Under the pieces are notes generated by a model. That model saw nothing but the letters and a program-made list of their open reading frames with translations. It was not told the DNA's origin and searched no databases. A DNA stretch of 64,000 bases from Camelus ferus (taxonomy: Eukaryota): the NCBI RefSeq assembly GCF_009834535.1, contig NC_045698.1, forward strand, positions 8,000,001 through 8,064,000, in the 5' to 3' direction. Below, piece by piece: positions 40,573-52,500 of this stretch. How positions within the stretch are numbered: position 1 is the stretch's first letter; every line of letters begins with the position of its first letter. A program made the translations under genes and the position numbers.

Positions 40573-40930
40573 CCCTATTCAGTAATGTGGATGGACCTCA
40601 TTCAGTCAATTCCAAGTCCAATAAGAGTAAAAACTGAGGCTCTCAGAAGTCATTCTGTCTCAGAACTACAGTATTAATCCCTGCCTGATTTCCAGCCTAC
40701 TGGCCTGTCCTACAAATTTCAGACCTGCTGACTACCACGATCACAGGAGACTGTTTCTTAAAAATCACTTTCTCTCTCTCAATGTATGTGTGTTTGTATA
40801 TATAATGTATACTTGTATCTATACATACGCATATAATATATATGTATGTATGTGTGTATATATATGTGTGTATGTTATATATATATATGTAATATTGCAC
40901 ATATAATATATATATGCAATATATACATAT
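40573..40930 (+). mobile_element. MLT2-like LTR, 3' part, ending in (TA/TG)n low complexity
   Basis: aatgtggatggacctcattcagtca...cctgtcctacaaatttcagacc...ttcttaaaatcactttctctctctc followed by a TA-rich microsatellite. Confidence 0.72.
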
Positions 40931-41039
40931 AAAGATTAAAAGAAAAAATAGGAATTCTCTATCTCAGATCTTGGATGGTAAATATATTTCATGATGCAGG
41001 AAGTCAAAAAAGCTCCCAGGCTCCCTCCCTGTCCTGTCC

Positions 41040-42055
41040 TTACACTTATTCCTTACATCATGAGGTGGAGTCCTTCCCCATGGGTCAGGCTAAGTGATTT
41101 GCCTGCATTTATAAGAATATGGCTCTGAGGTCAGGTCATAATAAGCCCTGCAGCTTCCACCTCTGTCTCTGGGGATGTTTACTCTTCGGCAAGTCCTCTT
41201 GGGTCCCAGCCACTTTGCTGAGAGAGCCCAAGCCACATGGCATAGGTGTTCCAGCCAACTATCCAGGCTGAGCTTCTAGTCGGCAACCTGCATCAGTTGC
41301 CAGCACGAGAGTGCAGCATCTCAGAGGCTGAAGGGTAGCAGAGTGTGCTCCCCCAGAACAGGTTGCCTTGGTATAAGGATTATTTTGAGTCGATTATTTT
41401 TGAAAAATGATAGATACAGGAGAAGCTCTGAAAATGGAGTAGAAGTTACCCTTTTGTAATAGACATTTACATTTATAAAGGAAATCTGTATTTGTAAGGG
41501 TGTCTCCCTCTCTGTACCAGGAAGAGAAAGATGACTAAATTACAATAAACTGATCAATGGAGAAGGCAAAGACTTCAAATCTACATAACCTTATTATTCT
41601 TATTTGCCATACTTTTCCTGGTACCCTCCCACAGCTGACCATCCCCACCCCCCCCACACCATTTTTTGTCTTTCACTGAATATAGTATTTAAGTGGTGGC
41701 TTGGGCCTTCTTACTGAGTTACTCATTTTTCCTGGGGATCTTCCACGTAGACATGAAGTATACATGCTAATAAACTTTTTTTTTTCTTTTGTTAATCTGT
41801 CTTTTATTACCAGGGGTGGGGGCAGTTTCAGCCAATAACTGTAGAGGTTAAATTATTTTTCCTCCTCTACAACATCCAGTCCTGTAAAGCCAATACATAA
41901 TGGCAGTCCCACCAGCCTCTCACTAAATCCTCATGAAGACATCCAAGAGAAATTCCACCTAAGCCCAGTCTACCCAGAGAACCAAGAGGGTATGATACAT
42001 TGTTTTAAGCCACTAAATTTTGTGGTAGTTTCTTATAAGGCAACAGGTAGCTACA
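41040..42055 (+). mobile_element. MaLR LTR (MLT1G/H-like), split by a MER34-like LTR
   Basis: gcagcttccacct...gagcccaagccacatgg...ccaggctgagc before the insert; resumes at about 41872 and runs to ttgttttaagccactaaattttgtggtag. Confidence 0.65.
41329..41871 (+). mobile_element. ERV1 solo LTR (MER34-like)
   Basis: TGAAGGG...CTACA termini; contains ggtataaggattattttgag, ctccctctctgtaccaggaagag, AATAAA and ttgttaatctgtctttt. Confidence 0.75.
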
Positions 42056-42369
42056 GCCTGTAAGAAGAGCTTTTGTCATTCTGTTCTTAAGACACTTTGC
42101 ATTTGTACCAACCAAGGACACTCTTCAAAGGACTTAATGAAACACCCAGACAACAAAAATTTTGAAACTATCAAGAGGAGAATGAAATATATCCAAACAG
42201 CACCTTGATTTTGTCAAATTCTTTCCCAATGGACAGAAATAAAATGTCTAGAAAGAACCATTCTGAGATCATCAGTCTGTTGTTGAGAACCCAGAAGACA
42301 GTGTTAATGGACCTGGCTCCTCTGCACCGAGACTTGGGCCTGGAGGGGAGTTCATCACTTAGGCTTTTT

Positions 42370-42700
42370 CATTAATATTTTTAAACACACTATACTGTGT
42401 ATATTTTTAATATATTTATATTAATATATACACATATATTTTAAATATATTAAACCATTTATACTTTGATATTTATACTTACAGTAATTAATACATTAAT
42501 TAAATTATATAAATATTTTACTGTGTATTAATATTTCTATTAAATATACTATGCTTTGAATATATTAAAAATATTTTATATTTTATAATATAAAGTATGT
42601 TATATAGTTATTATATAAGATATAAATAAAATATATTATAAAATAATAAATATAAAATAAATTAATAAATATATGTATTTTTTACTAATACTTTAAACAC
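42370..42700. repeat. AT-rich low-complexity tract
   Basis: About 330 bp that is nearly all A/T. Confidence 0.85.
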
Positions 42701-42707
42701 ACACTAT

Positions 42708-43194
42708 TGCATAAATTTTAACCTTTCTGTATGTTATGATGCTTTGACATCTTAAGAAAGCTTCCTGGTGGGGAGAGAATGTCCCTTCTTGGGGCTCCCG
42801 GTTCTTAGAGCAGCAAAGGATCCAGCAAACCAACCCAGGGTCATACCTCTTCTGTACGGCCTGTGCATGCCAGGATGCTGATATTAAGGCAATAGCCCCC
42901 TGCCTTAACCATCCCAGGGCCAGGTGCCAGGCCACTAGGGACCACCCCTCTACTTGAAAGCCCACTGCAATTACTCCCCCTGGCCAGTCCTGAGCTGCTC
43001 ACTCCACCCTGCCCTGCTTTCCCACAGAGACCCCAACAGAGGCTGTGGCCAGGGTGCCACCCTTCTGTCCTCTACCTCCTGACCACTCTGGTGTCTCCGC
43101 ACAGCCCTGTGTGCTGGGCTGGGCCTTTTGTCCCTCGGACCTGAGAGTAGGACAGAGCCTCTCCTCTGTCTCCTCATGTGGCTGATCACCTCAC
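42708..43194 (+). mobile_element. ERVL-type LTR (MER74-like)
   Basis: Contains atgatgctttgacatctt...gcaaaccaacc...cccagggccaggtgccaggccactagggac. Confidence 0.6.
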
Positions 43195-45752
43195 AAAAGA
43201 ATGAAAAACACACACTCTTTTAACCCACTTAGAAACTGTCTTAAAATGGAGACACTGCAAATTCTACCGGACTTCTCCACCTCATCTGTGTCTCTCTCCC
43301 TGGTACCTGGTTACACTGAGCTGCTTCATTTCAAGAAGAGATGGCCCTTTCTTGAGTGACGTGTGCATGTCTAATATTTACTGCTTGAAGTGTGTCACCA
43401 GGAGTGAGGGACAGAAGACAAGAATGAGAAGCAAGAGCACAGCAGGTGTACAAACGGGTTTTACGCAGACAACGACTCACTCGTGCAGAGCGGTGACAAG
43501 GACAAAATGATATCTCCTGGTGGTCAGACCTCTCTGGAAGGTCTGGCCCAGAGAGCCATTCAAGTAACAAATGACCACTGTAACTACATAAAATATGACA
43601 CATTTTAAAAGTGTTACTTCTTCTAATGGCTCTAACTTACAACCTAAAAAGGGGGGCTTGAAAAAACCCCAAGGACTCAAGTGAAAACCCAATGAGAAAG
43701 CAAGATAACTAATTTTTTAATATAAAATATTTAAAATATCATGTAATTTGGATTTTTAATGTATAAAAAAAGGATAAGCAATAATCTGAAAAAAAATAAT
43801 AAACCAGCAAGGTGACAAGGAGTATGATGTTACCGACAACCAGGAAGGAAGTAACAGTAAATTTAGTGTTACTGGGAAGTGGAATAAATGAGTCAGTGGG
43901 TGAAGAATTAAGCCACATAAAGGCTATTAAATTAATTCTGACACACCCCTAATTACAAGTAGCCTAAGACCAGGGTGCTGAAGATTTGAACTGTCCTTGG
44001 CACATACATCTTGGAGGGACGGGCCTGGCTCCGAGAGCAGGTTGATGCGGGTGGAGGTGTGTCATTTTCAGTGTGGTACACAGCCATGGTCTTATACTTT
44101 ACCTTGGCCCAGAGAGGATTTTAGGGTGGTTTCATTTAACAAAAATTTAAAAATTAAAATTATGGCTCTAAATATGGAGGCAAACGACCCAGGAAGCACT
44201 AGAAGCAAGGCCACAGCCATGGCCATGTGTCCGTCCTGGACTTTCACAACCCAGGACGTCTCTAGGCTCTGCCCCAGAGAGAAAGGCGGGGGTGAGGCCG
44301 AGCCTCTTTATATTCTGGGAGTTCCTTCCCCGAGAGCCTGCTGATAGAATGCTTCATTTGTTATTTGTTGTGCGCTGACACCGTGCTTGGGATCTGGCAG
44401 GCTACCCAGTGTCCTCCCGGGTGGCTGGCAAGGGAGACTGACAAACACCCACTGGTAAAAGCCACCAGCTGAAAAGTCAGTTAACTCTCTCAAGGACAGA
44501 GTTACTTAGCATTTTCATTTGGCCTCTGTCTCAGACACTGAAGCAGCCTCTTGGGATCCTGCTGGACAGACCAAGGCCCATTTGTTTCTCCAGCTTTGGG
44601 GTGGGACACCCTAAGGACAAACAGACTCTACCTCTAGGCTCTCCCCGCCCCCAAGCCAGATACAGAATGTGTGGGGACCTCCAGCGGGCTTCGGTCTTTC
44701 CAACCTACAACTAGTGTTGGTAAATGGGGAAGAAAGAAGAAGTGTGGGATCTAATGGATTTTGCAGCTACATCTGCAAATGAATTGGCTCACACTTTTCC
44801 TCCCTGAAAGCCAAACTAGAGGTAAAATACTAGAATGATACAACATAAAACAATGCAGTGACTACCCAGACCAGCAATGGTGGACAACTATTTAAAAGTA
44901 AAAAAATCTATGTCAAAGGTCAAAGTTAACCAAGAAATCCAGGTGTGTTAGAACGTACCCCAAGTGCTGATTATTTATGTCAGTTCATCTATGAAAGATG
45001 GCAAGTTTCAAGGGCACTTTCTTACATTCACAGGCTGATTTTCCTGATCCCTCCAACTCTTTTCAGCAACAGAGGTTTAAAAACAAAACAAAACAAAACA
45101 AAACTATTCCTTGAAAAAAAGACTTTCCCATATGAGTCGTTTTATTTACATATGGCCTGTGATGTTCCAGCAGGAGCTTCTGATGGCTTTTCCAAAAACA
45201 ACATTTCCGAGGTGAAGGAAATCCTGACACCCATGTAGTCCAGCTTCCACCTGATACGTGAACTCAGACTGCAGAATAATTTTCAGTGTGTGTGTTTGAC
45301 AGAGAACACCTCTTCCAGTTGGCCCGTTTCCATCTGAGGGTAATTCTGCTCTAAATTTTCTTTTTATATTGACCCCACCTCTGGGTCTAACTCATCTGGT
45401 TCTATCTCCAACTTCCAGATGCCTTTCAAGATGTCTAAAATCTCTCTCTCATGCTGGCCCATTTAGTATTTAAAATACAGCAATCCAGGAGGATGGTTAA
45501 AGAATGCTGTTACAGCCACAGAGTAGACTATTTAAAGTCATTAAAAGTTATGTTTAAATAATACATGTAATAACATGTAAAAATGTTCATGAAATGATAT
45601 TCAATGGAAAACAAAACAAAACAAAACAAGGTCTAAACCTATACAGCAGATAGAATCACAAATGTGAGTGTAGGTGTATTGCATTGTGTGTGTGTAGATG
45701 TATGGGGGGGGGTGAAAGAGAAGAGAGAAAGAATGAATAAGAAAACTAAGAG

Positions 45753-45958
45753 TTGAGAATTGTGGATACTAACTACTATATATAACATAGATAAACAATG
45801 AAGTCCTACTGAATAGCACAGGGCATTTTATTCAATACCTATGATAAAGAAGAATATGAAAAGGAATATGTTTATATATATGTAAAACTGAATCACTCTG
45901 CTGTACACCAGAAATTGACACAACATTCTAAATCGACTATACGTCAATAAAAAAAGAA
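45753..45958 (+). mobile_element. L1 3' end fragment with perfect 14-bp TSD
   Basis: AAGAAAACTAAGAG occurs at 45739-45752 and 45959-45972. The body matches the L1 3' UTR, with AATAAA and an A tail. Confidence 0.92.
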
Positions 45959-46147
45959 AAGAAAACTAAGAGAAATTTAAGAACACTGGGAGGATGAATG
46001 AACACTGCTACTGATGGTGGCATGATGAGTCACTTTTAAAATACTTCTTAGCATTTTCTAATATGAGCCTTGAATTCAGAACTTTGTAATTGTTGCATGC
46101 CTCTCTGTTCTCACACCCACTCCATACCCTTCGTATCTAATTACATC

Positions 46148-46390
46148 AAATTGGGAGTTCGAGATTCGCAGATACTAACTACTATCTATAACACAGATAA
46201 ACAACAAGTTCCTTCTGTATAGCACAGGGAACTATATTTACTATCTTGTAGTGACCTATAGTGAGAAAGAAGATGAAAACAAATACATGTACGTATATGG
46301 ATGACTGAAACATTATGCTGTACACCAGAAATTAACCCAACATTATAAACTGACTAGACTTCAATTAAAAAACAAACGAAAAAACAAAAC
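46148..46390 (+). mobile_element. L1 3' end fragment
   Basis: aaattgggagttcgagattcgcagatactaact...tatagcacagggaactatat...tacaccagaaatt followed by an A-rich tail. Confidence 0.88.
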
Positions 46391-46799
46391 CAAGTCTTCC
46401 TCATCTGGCGTGATTCTGAGTACTCTCTCCTCTCCTCTGAACACACTCTAATCTGCCTCTTTCAGGAGCTGCCAAAGCTGGACACAGTGTCCCAGGTGCG
46501 ATGTTACTGGTGCACTGGTGCAGGTGGAGTGGATATGGTCCCCCTTGCCCTGGGCGGGGTCTTTCCAGGCATCTGATATCATGTTCCCTCGGGCGGCTTG
46601 TCTTCTGAAATCTCATGTTTACCTTTCAATCAACTAAACGGAGATGATGTTCTTTTTGAAAAATGGGTTGCTAACAGAATTTTTGGTCAGTCCCTATTCT
46701 TAGTTCCCCAACACCGAAATGGCTGACTGAAATAGTCCCTTCAATCATTTGTTCTAAAACACAAGGGGAATTACCCATTTTCTAAAGGGTAGTTACTTG

Positions 46800-47266
46800 A
46801 TGGCATAGGTTGAATTCTGTATTTTTTGTTTTGTTAATATGTTGAAGTCTTACCCCCCAGAACCTGTGAGTGTGACCTCATTTGGAAATAGGGTTTTTGC
46901 AGACGGAATACTGTTGTGAGGTCATCCTGATTAGGGTGGGCTCTCATTCAATGACTAGTATTATTATAAGAGAGAAATCTGGACACAGAGACACTCACAG
47001 AGAGAAGACCATGTGAGGATGGACACAGGGGACACTATGTGACTACAGAGGCAGGGTTTGTAGTGGTGTGTCTACAAGCCAAGGGACACCAAGGAGTGCA
47101 AGCACCAGAAGCTGGGATCCTCCCCTAGAGCCTTCGGAGAAAGTATGGCTCTGCTGACACCTTGATCTCAGACTTCCAGCCTCTGAACTGCGAGACAATA
47201 AATTTCTGTTTCAAGCCACCCAAGTTGGTGGTAATTTTTTATGGCCATTGTGAGGAAACAACTACA
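46800..47266 (+). mobile_element. MaLR LTR (MLT1B/C-like)
   Basis: Contains ggttgaattct...cagaacctgtgagtgtgacctcatttggaaataggg...ctgctgacaccttgatc...caataaatttctg. Confidence 0.85.
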
Positions 47267-47629
47267 TTTGGGAAAATATCATGATATAAATTTTTATAAT
47301 CAACATCTTCTTAAATGATAAACAATGTCTTTACTTTAGAAAATATTTTTTAAAGAAAAATATTTAAATTGTGATTATTTTGAGGATTTAATTTAGGTAT
47401 CTCATCTAATGTCCTCTTCCTGATTTTCTAACAATGAACTAAAACTGGATTTAACCAAGTAATAATAATACTTAAAACTGTCCACATATACTGAATGCTC
47501 ATGGTGTGCCAGGCATTATGCTGAAACTTGTATATACGTCCTGCAAATGCATATGCACACACATATGCAGGTCTTACACACACGTTTTTAATATGTCTTT
47601 TACACAAACACACACATTTAATATTCTAT

Positions 47630-47850
47630 CTAGGGAACCAGCAAACCTCTTTGATTAAGAGGCAGATAAATGTTTTAGGCTTTGCTGGCCGCACAGTTCC
47701 CATTGCAATGACTCAACTTTGCAACTCAAGCTCAGAAGCAGCCACAGAAAAAATGTACAAAATGGGCGTGGCTGTGTCCCAATGAAATTTTATTTATAAA
47801 AACAGGTGGCAGGCTGGAATTCGTTCTTGGGCTCTAGTTTGCTGACCACT
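47630..47850 (+). mobile_element. MER58-like hAT-Charlie transposon inserted in a MIR
   Basis: Contains cagcaaac...ttttaggctttgctggcc...actcaactttgc...gggcgtggctgtgtcccaatgaaa...tagtttgctgacc. MIR pieces lie at about 47460-47530 and 47870-48010. Confidence 0.8.
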
Positions 47851-49079
47851 TTGAAGAAGATAATAATGTTTTTATTGGTTCACAGGTGAGAGAACTGAGG
47901 CTAAAAGTTAAAAACTTTATGCAGAGTCACACAGTTACAACAGGGGGCGCTCTGGAGTCCCAACCAGACATCAGATCTTCAGAAACTCCTGTTGCAATTA
48001 CTCAGCGACACTGCCTCATCTCACAGTCAAGAACAATTCCATACTTCCCTCAAAAGTATATTAATTAAATAACAGTCTTAAAGGAACTTTCTGATGACAA
48101 TATTATCTTGGCAGAAAGAAATGTAACAATATGTTAGAAGCAAAATAAAGACAAGCTAAATATTATCAAATCAAAAAAGAAACTGCTGTAAGCATTCTAA
48201 AGAACATATAGATATGTCAGAGAAGATTTAGACAATTTCTATTAAGGTTCTGGGTTATTGATCGTTAGTGTCTCAAACAGTCTATACATAAGACCACAGA
48301 GCAATAATGTAAATGAGAAAGGAGAGAAAAAAGAAATTTAAGGGAATCTGTAAAAGCGTGATGCACATCCTCAACATTTCTGTTGGTTTTCCAGGTGGAA
48401 AAAAAAAAAAAGCAATTCAAGGGATTTTTTAAAGTTCAAGAAGACAAAGAAGAAGAAGGAACAGTGAGGTGTGATGCCCCCTCCTTTGTACTGGACAGCT
48501 GCTCCCTCTGTAAAGGACCTCGGTACAGCAAGTCCTCTGAACACTCAGTGCCTGGCAGGTCTTTATTCTCCCAGACTCTCTAGCAGTGTTCAACCGGGTG
48601 TCAAGCCATTCTGCTTAGAAGACACGACAACATTAAATTTTCCAAAATTAGTGGAAAACTCACTCAGCATCACTATATGTAGTCTCTATGTTCAAAAAGA
48701 AAAAAGTACCTTTCCTTTAGCTGGTTCAGGTGGTTCTGATCAAGGAACACGGGAAACCCACCTGACTGATAAGACTTCAGAATGCTTTCTTTATCTAGCT
48801 GAGGGATTAAATGACTGCCTTTTTCTTCTGGTACCCACTGCGTGATGACAACATCTCTCAGATCCTTTGAATTGACAGCTTTGGAGCAAAAGGCATATGA
48901 CTGCCATTTGAGCTTGTTTTAATTCTGAGTAGAAAGAATTTATTTCCCAGAATACAGCTTTAGTTGAGCTTGGCAAAACCACACTGGGACAATGGATCCT
49001 CGCTTCATTTTCATAATTATCATAAATGCATACAGAAGCATAAATAAAGAATAAAGAATTAACTCCAAGCAGATACTTG

Positions 49080-49500
49080 GGATAGGACATAAAGTAGCCG
49101 AGTGTCACCGCATTTAACTCCCTGCTGTAATAAATGCCACAGACAAATAGAGTTAAATGGGTTAATTAGTCACCAGTGGCTATTTTAATTGCACTATTGA
49201 AAATCAGAGACAAACACCGGAAGAATTCTCATCATCGGGGTTACCTGGGCTTTTAATGGGAGAGTTCGCCTGGGATAGGTGGCGTCTCTGAAACATGGTG
49301 TAACTGATTACCCCTCCTCCTCTCCTTTACCTTTCATAATTAGCTGCACACTATTAAGTTAATGCACATTTATCTACAACAATTCAATTCAGACTGCGAA
49401 GAATCTTTCTAGTCTATAATTACACTCCAGCTTAATTAGCATAATTTGCACTGCACATATTTTAATAGAGAAGCTGCCATTATGGGTTGGCCCCTCATGT
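49080..49500. promoter_or_regulatory. Candidate intronic enhancer / conserved non-coding element
   Basis: Repeat-free stretch with TAATTA at 49163, 49337, 49417 and 49433, an octamer-like ATTAGCAT at 49435 and a 10-bp inverted repeat. Motif-based only. Confidence 0.35.
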
Positions 49501-52500
49501 GGAAACTCTTCCAGTGAACATCACGAGGAGAAACAAATGCCTCTTGCTCAAGAATTGCCTGGCGCACATGCACTGAGATGCTCTGAATCCTACTTTGGAT
49601 GGGTGACAAATGCTGGGAAGGGCATCCCTTCCCAGGTTCCCAAGAGGGGACCTGATGGAATCTCTCGCACTGTCATTGCCCACTAAGGGCAGAAGCAAGC
49701 AGAGGGCTCCCCTTCCCTAGTTACCAATTGTCAACTGTGCCCCGTGATGCTGGGGTTCATCCACAGTCTGTAAATGTCTAGTCTGAGGTGTGAAAACACC
49801 TCTATGGTTTATTTCGGATCTGTATCCATGGGCCACAGATTCACCCACCACTAGGTGTCATCAGTTATTAACTGGGATGCAGATACGCAGGGGCTTTAAA
49901 AGACTTTCATTAACTTAAAAGAGCCTAAGCAGCTTGGTCCCTCCTCCAAGGCTCCCTTGTCGGAGACCAAATAACCATGAGAGGGGCCAGCCTGCTAGCC
50001 TGGCACTGAAATGGCAAATACTTAACTATGTGATTTAATTGGATCACATCTATTCTGCAAATACTACAAACTTGTCTTACTAAGAAGCAAAATCGTCTGA
50101 TTGAAAGGAACATCTTCAGTTCTAGTAGCCCAGTATATTCTGCATGGATATTTAACTATTAAAATGACTTCACACAGAGGGTGTGCAGTGCTTTTGGTGT
50201 TAACATTTTAATCAAGCCTTTCATTGTTTCTATTTGTTACTCCGAGGAAAGAGTGATGCATTTGCATCCTCTGAGTTTGCAACACTGAAAGGGCAGCGAA
50301 GGTATCAGAGGAGGGATAAAAGGATGTGCCTGGAGGGGAATGAGACATTGTTGCTGCTGTGCAGAAAAAAACTTTCCAAAAGAAAACTATCGAGGAAGAA
50401 GATGGATCAAACCTATTAACCGTGAAACCCAAGGAACTCTACCTCTAACGTGAAAGTGCCAAGGGCAGAAATGTGACTCGGGGATCTTGTATGAAGTGGG
50501 GTTTTCAAAGATGCCTGATATCAGTGTAATTTCTGGAAAATCCAGGTAGTTCCATGAGACACAGGACGTGCCTCCTGTATCTCAGATCCTTCCATATTTC
50601 CTTTTCCAGATGTGTATTAGAAACTGAAAGCATATTTTAAAAAATTCTGAATGAACTTAAGAGTCACCTCAGTAAGGTACCTATATACTTTCTCAGTTAC
50701 CAAAGTACAACTTAAAAATAACAAAAGCACGTAAGGTATTATCATGCTATTTACACTAAATGAAAAAAATTATATAATGAAGGTTTATATACTTATATAC
50801 ACATTGCAATCTGTATTTTTTTACAGTATCACTTTTCAACCAGTTAGAGCTCATATGTCCGATGAAGAGTTACTTAAATTTGTACTATTTCTTCCAAGTT
50901 ATGGTTATGTTTGTTTGTTTGTTTGTTTATTTATTTATTTCCCAAACAGCGAATAATATGTATGCTGGCCCTTTTCCCAATAGTGTTCTTAAAGGTGTCT
51001 GAAGAGGTGTAGGATGTTCCTTAAAGCTAAGCTGTCTTGGTTTTGACCACGGCATTAACGCTTCCTCTGAAGGAGGTACAGCAGGGAAAGAGCTCAGAGC
51101 AGTGCCCATCCCAGCAAGCGACACTGACTCACTCACCTTTCATCCTTCCCTGGCCTTGAGAAATAGAAGAGAACACCTTTATAACACTTGGGGCCCTATA
51201 TCTGAATGATCTGAAATCTATTCTGGGCTATAATTAAATGCTAGAAAAAGAAAAAAAGGTTTCTCTGGTTTATTGATCCTGGCCAAAACAGACATCGTCT
51301 TCAATTTTAAAAAGAGCACACTGTTTCTTCACTTAAAAATTTCAAGCTAAATTTACATTGCATCCAACTGGACCAGAGCATGTACTGAACTTGTAGTATT
51401 GTCAGAGGGCCGAACGAACTGGCACACATTTACATGTGTAATTAAAGAAACAAGCGCTCTGGTCTCCATGAAGAGTATATGCATGTGAGGTTCACAATAT
51501 ATGTCTGGCAGAAACAAAAAGGGTGCCTCTTTTTGAAATTGCTGCCAGAGTTCCTCTCTAGACTCACACTTTGGAGCCCTGCAGAATGATTTTTACAGGA
51601 GTAAGCCACACCCGCCCCCCAAACTCAGAATGTGCAGGACATCATCAATTTTTACATTCACATAGCATAAACCCAAAGGCAGAAGTGTTCAGAAAGTTAG
51701 ATGTTTAATGCAGTAGTAATGGAAAATTATAAAACATGGAACCCTGAATTGCATGATTATGTTAACCTTGGGAATATTAATTCTATGACAATTCTTTTCC
51801 AAAAGCTTTCATGTTCATAACACACTGACATTCACAAACACTGTATTTCACCACCTCTGAATTCTAAGTCGCAAACAAAATCTTCATGATGAGCTTGAAT
51901 ACAATTTGTATTTAAACTTCAATTTCAGGTTCACTTTCCAAAAGGCTGGAATTTACTAGAATTTCTTCCACCTAGAAGAACTTCTCCAAAGTGGGGCTAT
52001 TTTTATTTTTATTTTGTTCACAAACAAAAAGTGCAGCCTGGTAAGGTTTTTGCTCCATGATATTTTTAAAGTCCTAACAAGCAACTACTAATGTATTTAC
52101 CTGGAGACCCACTCATTAAGTAATGCAGTTAATACACACTGGTTAACACCAACTGGTGAGCGACAATTATGCAACTTACCAGGTACACCACTGCGTCTCT
52201 GTAAGCCTACACTTCATAGGCACTCAAAGGAAAACAATATGTTAATATGGTTAAGAAAAAAAAAAACAACAGCCACTGTAATATTTGGATTGTGAGAATT
52301 CTCACACTTTTGCAGAGTCAGACTTCTGGCTGGACTGATTTTTATTCAACAGGGAGACAACAGATTATGTAACACTCATAAAAAATACAGGATCCCTGTT
52401 TCAACACATGGTGTCATTAGAAGAAGTATTAGCGAGGATCAAGCTCTTTTCTCCCCAAATCAGTGTTCAACATTATACTTCCAGGCTATGTCTCTTAATA

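Noticed and set aside
52180..52198. 19-nt neural microexon (ttacag|...CTG|gtaagt on the minus strand)
   Set aside because: The donor is good, but the pyrimidine tract is weak with competing AGs, and the length is not a multiple of 3.
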